From: Pocillopora damicornis
Lineage: Eukaryota
DNA length: 64,000 bases
Reading direction: 5' to 3'
Assembly: GCF_003704095.1 (NCBI RefSeq)
Contig: NW_020843846.1
Location: forward strand, 124,001-188,000
Every line of letters begins with the position of its first letter. Position 1 is the first letter of the stretch. Of this stretch, positions 59,509 to 64,000 are shown in pieces. The notes under the pieces are model-generated. The model was not told where the DNA came from. It did no database searches and saw only the letters and a list, made by a program, of their open reading frames with translations. A program made the translations under genes and the position numbers.

Positions 59509-61225
59509 ATGATAAGCAGAACGGCTTTACGCCTTTTCCTCGGTCGTCATAGCACCCGCCGGTCAGCGTACTCTACTAAAACGGCTCATAAAATTGGAAT
59601 CATCGGCTTAGGAAATGTCGGCTCAACAGTCGCAAAGAACCTTCTTAAGTCAGGTTTCACAGTGTCCGCCTTACTCGACAAGGATCCAAAAGTGGGGCAA
59701 GATCTACCTGGGGATATACCACGCCCAAAGACACCACGTGAGCTGGCTGCCATGTGTGACGTAGTCACAACAGCTCTCCCTGCCCCACCCCATGTTAAAC
59801 AAGTCCTGTTGGGAGAGGACGGGGTATTGGCAGGGCTGCGGTCAGGAGGGGTATGGATTGACCATTCAACCACGGATTATCAGCAGACTTTGGACCTTAC
59901 TGCAGAAGCTGGTATGTGTCTTAGGGCAAGAACCTTTTACAAGAGAGTGTAGTTAGAATGAGATAAGGTGGGCCCCCGGATAGTGTGGTTTGGTTATAAT
60001 TTCGGTGAAATCCCAAGCGATATCCCGGCAGGGGTACCCAGCCACCATACGTATTCCAGGGCGGGATCCCAGTGTGGTTCTGAGCGGCAACACAACGGTA
60101 CCATGGACGCGATCCCAGACGTCGTGGAATATATTTCTCTGTTGCCACTGATTTCCCTTTCCACCAAAAGCATTAATGGGTACCTCAGAACTGCGAGGGA
60201 AACAAGGAAATGTGAAAAGGCCAGCCATCGCAGTTTGCTTACCAAGTTTTCCTTATGGTTGAATGGAGTTCAATTGACACTCTCTATATACTCTCTATAC
60301 TCCTTAGTGGAGAAACACCGTAAAGGAAAAGTGGGGCTGGAATCAAGGCTTGTTAATTGTTTGTATACAGCCCAGCAGCGTTCAAATTCTTGGGCCACTT
60401 TTCACTTTATAAGTCCCGATGAAGTTCTCCTTATAATGCCGTCTGCGATACAACTTCTTGCGCGCAATATTATATTAAAGCTTGTTATAAGAGATTAAGA
60501 CGTGGATTAAACGATTTTCAAGGATTTGAATTACACTCGAGCTTATTATTAACTCATATTTTGCCTCTGAAGCTAAGAAAGGCATCAAAGTTCTTGAGGC
60601 GCCCGTCACAGGAGGTATGGCTCTTCTCAAGCAAGGTAAAATGACTGTACTGGTCGGAGGAGACAGGCAACTCTTCGAAGACTGCCTTCCTATTCTACAA
60701 CAGAGCGGTAAGAAAGTGCTGTACATGGGAGCGATGGGGAGTGCTACCATTGCAAAGGTTGTCTCTAACATGATAGCTGCTGTTAATGTCGTTACCATGA
60801 CCGAAGCCATGTTACTGGGGAAAAGGGGCGGTGTCGATTTAAAATCCCTTTTTGATGCCATTAGATTTAGCGCTGGAAATACGTATACGTGGGAGACGGA
60901 AGCTCCTTTGGTATTTAATGGAACGTACGATCCAGATTTCACCATTGGGCTCCACTGCAAGGACTTGAATCTTGGGTACCAGCTCGGACGTAAGTTTAAT
61001 GTCCCCATACAGATACTAGCCCACGCAGAACAGATCTACAACCGCGCCCTTTACAAGTTTGGGGATGAGGTAGGCTCAACGTCTCCTGCAAAGCTTCTGC
61101 AAGACGAATTAGAAGAAACTTTGCAGGTTGAAGGATTCGAGGATTGGACGTATACTATTGAACATGTTGAAGACTCCATGGCCGTTGTGCACACAACAAA
61201 AGAGAAGGTTTACGGACAGAAGTAA
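59509..61225 (+). CDS. NAD(P)-dependent beta-hydroxyacid dehydrogenase (3-hydroxyisobutyrate DH / tartronate-semialdehyde reductase family), ~351 aa. Exons 59509-59911 and 60573-61225
   Basis: Rossmann IGIIGLGNVG, WIDHSTT, LEAPVTGG, catalytic Lys in ATIAKVVSNMI, and F...LHCKDL. Phase-1 GT-AG intron. Arg/Ser-rich N-terminal extension without acidic residues. Confidence 0.92.
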
Positions 61226-64000
61226 GCACAGTCAATGTGCTGTTCAACAAAGTGGAAACTCTGACAATTCAATAATTTTTTTCTCTGTATAACGTTAGCT
61301 CGCTTGGTATTTTGAGCATAAAATAAATTTTGTAAAGGTTTGAAGTTTGCTCCATCATGAGAGTGAAGTGGGTGTTGATGAGGAGAGAGGGGGATAGGGG
61401 CAGGAAAGGGGGAGATCGTGGGGGTGGGGGTGGGGGCTTACCTCAGGTAATAACAGTGTTATTAGGTTGTGGGCGTGAAATGATTGTGAGAGTGGCGACC
61501 CCGGTAACTTAAGGATTAAAAAAAATATTTTATTTTACAACATTACTATTGCTATTCATACTCAGTTAAATTAAGGTTTCGAAATAAATGATTGTCCAGT
61601 GGCCTGAGCCAAGCTGGAACAATCACGGTTTTCCATGTTTTCCGCCTTGTTTCACAACTAATTGTGCATTTCAAATTTAGCAACTGTTGAGTTTCTCGAG
61701 AATTCGTTGCAAAGTCGTAAACAAATGACACCCTAGTGCAAGATTTTATAGGGAAAATGTATGTGACGGTGAAAGGGCCCTTATCTTTCATTTCTACGAT
61801 CGAAAGATCGATAGGAAAAACTGAAATACGCAGGAAGTTTCTGCGTGAAAAATTACGATTAATCCTTTATTTTTCGTGACACTGTGCTTCGAAGGGGTCC
61901 ATCCTCCTTGGTCCTGCAGTGCTGAAATTGTGTGGTACATTGAACCTTTCATAAAGAAAGTGCATTTATTGCGAAAGTGGGAGTAACTGTCTTAACCAGT
62001 GACCCTCTAAATTACTAATCGAAAGGTGTGAAAGACTGTCAAAATATGATAATTACGCTGTTAGCCATTATTAGTGTCGCTAAATGCATATGGACCAGCA
62101 GAACATAAATTGTTTTGTTTTTTATTTCGGACATTATGTAGGAGCCAGTCACGAATTGATACGTCACCATTGATAGTTTTAAAACTTTTTTTTTCCTTCA
62201 TGAAGATAGCAGTAGACGTACCAAAACCATTTTCGTGATCGTATTTCACTTTTTGATGAAAAGGGATGAAAATCCGTTTTTCACAAGGAAAGTTTGCGTG
62301 CGATTGAAACGATACGAACAGATCTCATTAGTTCGCTCAAATCAAGAATAAAACCCTCCTTCGGGGTCTTTTTTTTTTCAATTTTTTTTAAGGTCGCTTT
62401 GCGCATTATGAAGCAAGCGATATCGGAAGCAGAAGAAACTGTCCTCGTCACTTTGAAGCTTGAGGAAGCCGTCAACTGAAAGCCTGAAAATAAAAAATTT
62501 CACCATTCTGAACATCTGTTGTGTCTATGTCATAAACTGGAACATTTACCACGCAGGGTGACTGAAGATAAATGGTTCAAATGAATTGAAACCAAAACTT
62601 TGAGGTCACTGTACACTTTAAATTGATGATGGGCTTGTCTCATCTGCAGATTAAGGTAACAGTTCACGGTGAACTTGTGGAATCTGAGGCGCGCTCATTC
62701 AGGTAAGCGAAACTGTTTAAAGAACTGTTATTTTCAATTCTAATTTTCAATTCTACCCCAAGGAAATTGTTCGCTTTCTTCGAAAAACGTTTTAGCAAGA
62801 ATGGTGGCTGAACACTTTTTAATCAAATAAACTGGTCCAGCTGTTGCAAACATTTCAATGTTTCAGAAAAACTTTTCAAGTTAGCACCAAAATACTAATA
62901 TTCTCTATTTAATTTGCGGAGATTCGTGCTTCCTTAACAGAGCTCGACAGTGTTTTTTGTGATATAAGCTGAGAATGGACGTCACCTCCAGGAGGATGAT
63001 TTTGGTTTTTGTCCTGTTTGTGTGGATGGAACAGACAAACGCTTTCAACTCTCCAGGTACGTAAGAACGAATGAATATAGAAATAAATCAGATCTAAATG
63101 AACAGAGAAGTCCACGAAAAAAAAAACAAATGAAACAGCAAAATGAGAAAAAAGTGAAATATGGGGAGTTATCGCCCTGAAAGAAGAATCGAACGATACT
63201 TATTCAAATCCTTTTATTCCTAAATAGAGACAAAGATTAGGTTTGTGATAGCTTTGTAAGTATGCTCAAAATCCTGATATGTCCTCGCCTTGAAACCCCA
63301 TCTGCAGGTCTTTTCCTTCAAACATTTTTTTAAAAATATGGCATATATTCTATAAGGCTTTTTCTCCCTTTAAACCTGTATTTAAAAAAAGCAGTTTGTA
63401 AAGTTACAATTGTACAGTTTTTAATAAAAAAAAAAAAAAGATCGCTGCCTCTGTCAATATTTCGCGACATTTATTATTTCGAATGATGATGTTGTGATGT
63501 TAATAAAGTAAGCCTGAATTTTTTCAATTTTTTTTTAATGTACAGTCCGGTCACTCTTCGACACCTATGATCACTTATGTTTCCTTGTAGCTATTCCTAA
63601 CTTAAAATCAATGATTCCCGACAACTCCCGAATTCGCATCATAGCCAACTCTACCGGCCTTTCACAATAAACATCTACACATCAGCTCTCCTCTCTGTGT
63701 GCTATTCACCTCTGGAAGCTTTAGCCCCGAGACTTTGTTGCTAACTCAAACAAAATCCCTTGTTTGAAATTTCCTTCTTCTGAACTGTTTGCACTAACAT
63801 GCACTGCTATTGTAAAGATAAATTCCCTTTTGGTCGCACCTAGTGGGGGATTGGGTTAATAGCTAAACCACAGCTGTCAACGAGTTATAAAAAGCTTTAT
63901 GACAAAGTTCCCCCGTTGTTATCCTGAATGCTTAAATTTTTCATTCGCAATCTGTTTCGGTCTTAGCCATCCTTAAGTAATCTATGTTATTTTTGTGTTT

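Noticed and set aside
59968-60498. 176-aa ORF inside the dehydrogenase locus
   Set aside because: It lies within the intron, and exons 1 and 2 join in frame without it. The GC-rich part looks like a repeat insertion.
60475-61008. 177-aa antisense ORF (likewise the antisense ORFs over 6.5-8.8 kb and 49-50 kb)
   Set aside because: These are shadow ORFs opposite genuine coding exons.
62280-62710. Possible first exon of a further gene (donor CAG|GTAAGC at ~62702)
   Set aside because: No recognisable coding sequence or downstream exon in the window, so it cannot be supported.

Overview
This is eukaryotic, intron-rich animal DNA with three assembly gaps (19780-19929, 53180-53279, 54678-54777). 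The repeat families suggest a cnidarian, probably a stony coral (inference). Five protein-coding genes were reconstructed by eye from splice signals. (1) The 3' part of an ELK/Kv12-type KCNH potassium channel (+, 316-8830) with an ~850-aa single-exon C-terminal tail. (2) A complete ABCA-family transporter of about 45 exons (+, 12968-42353). (3) A GPATCH2 orthologue (-, 44017-50027). (4) An unnamed gene (+, 51474-56519) with an N-terminal MGC lipidation motif, a coiled coil and C-terminal tandem Tudor-like modules. A contig between two gaps inside this gene carries minus-strand exons for two TIR-like domains and is probably mis-oriented. (5) A two-exon beta-hydroxyacid dehydrogenase with a mitochondrial-type presequence (+, 59509-61225). 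Introns and spacers hold many small transposons: piggyBac-type TTAA MITEs, a young P-like MITE, foldback elements, tRNA-derived SINEs, LINE and Penelope fragments, and degenerate minimal hammerhead-ribozyme motifs. The most promising novelty is the putative membrane-anchored TIR-TIR-Tudor protein. Exon coordinates were read manually and may be off by a few bases.
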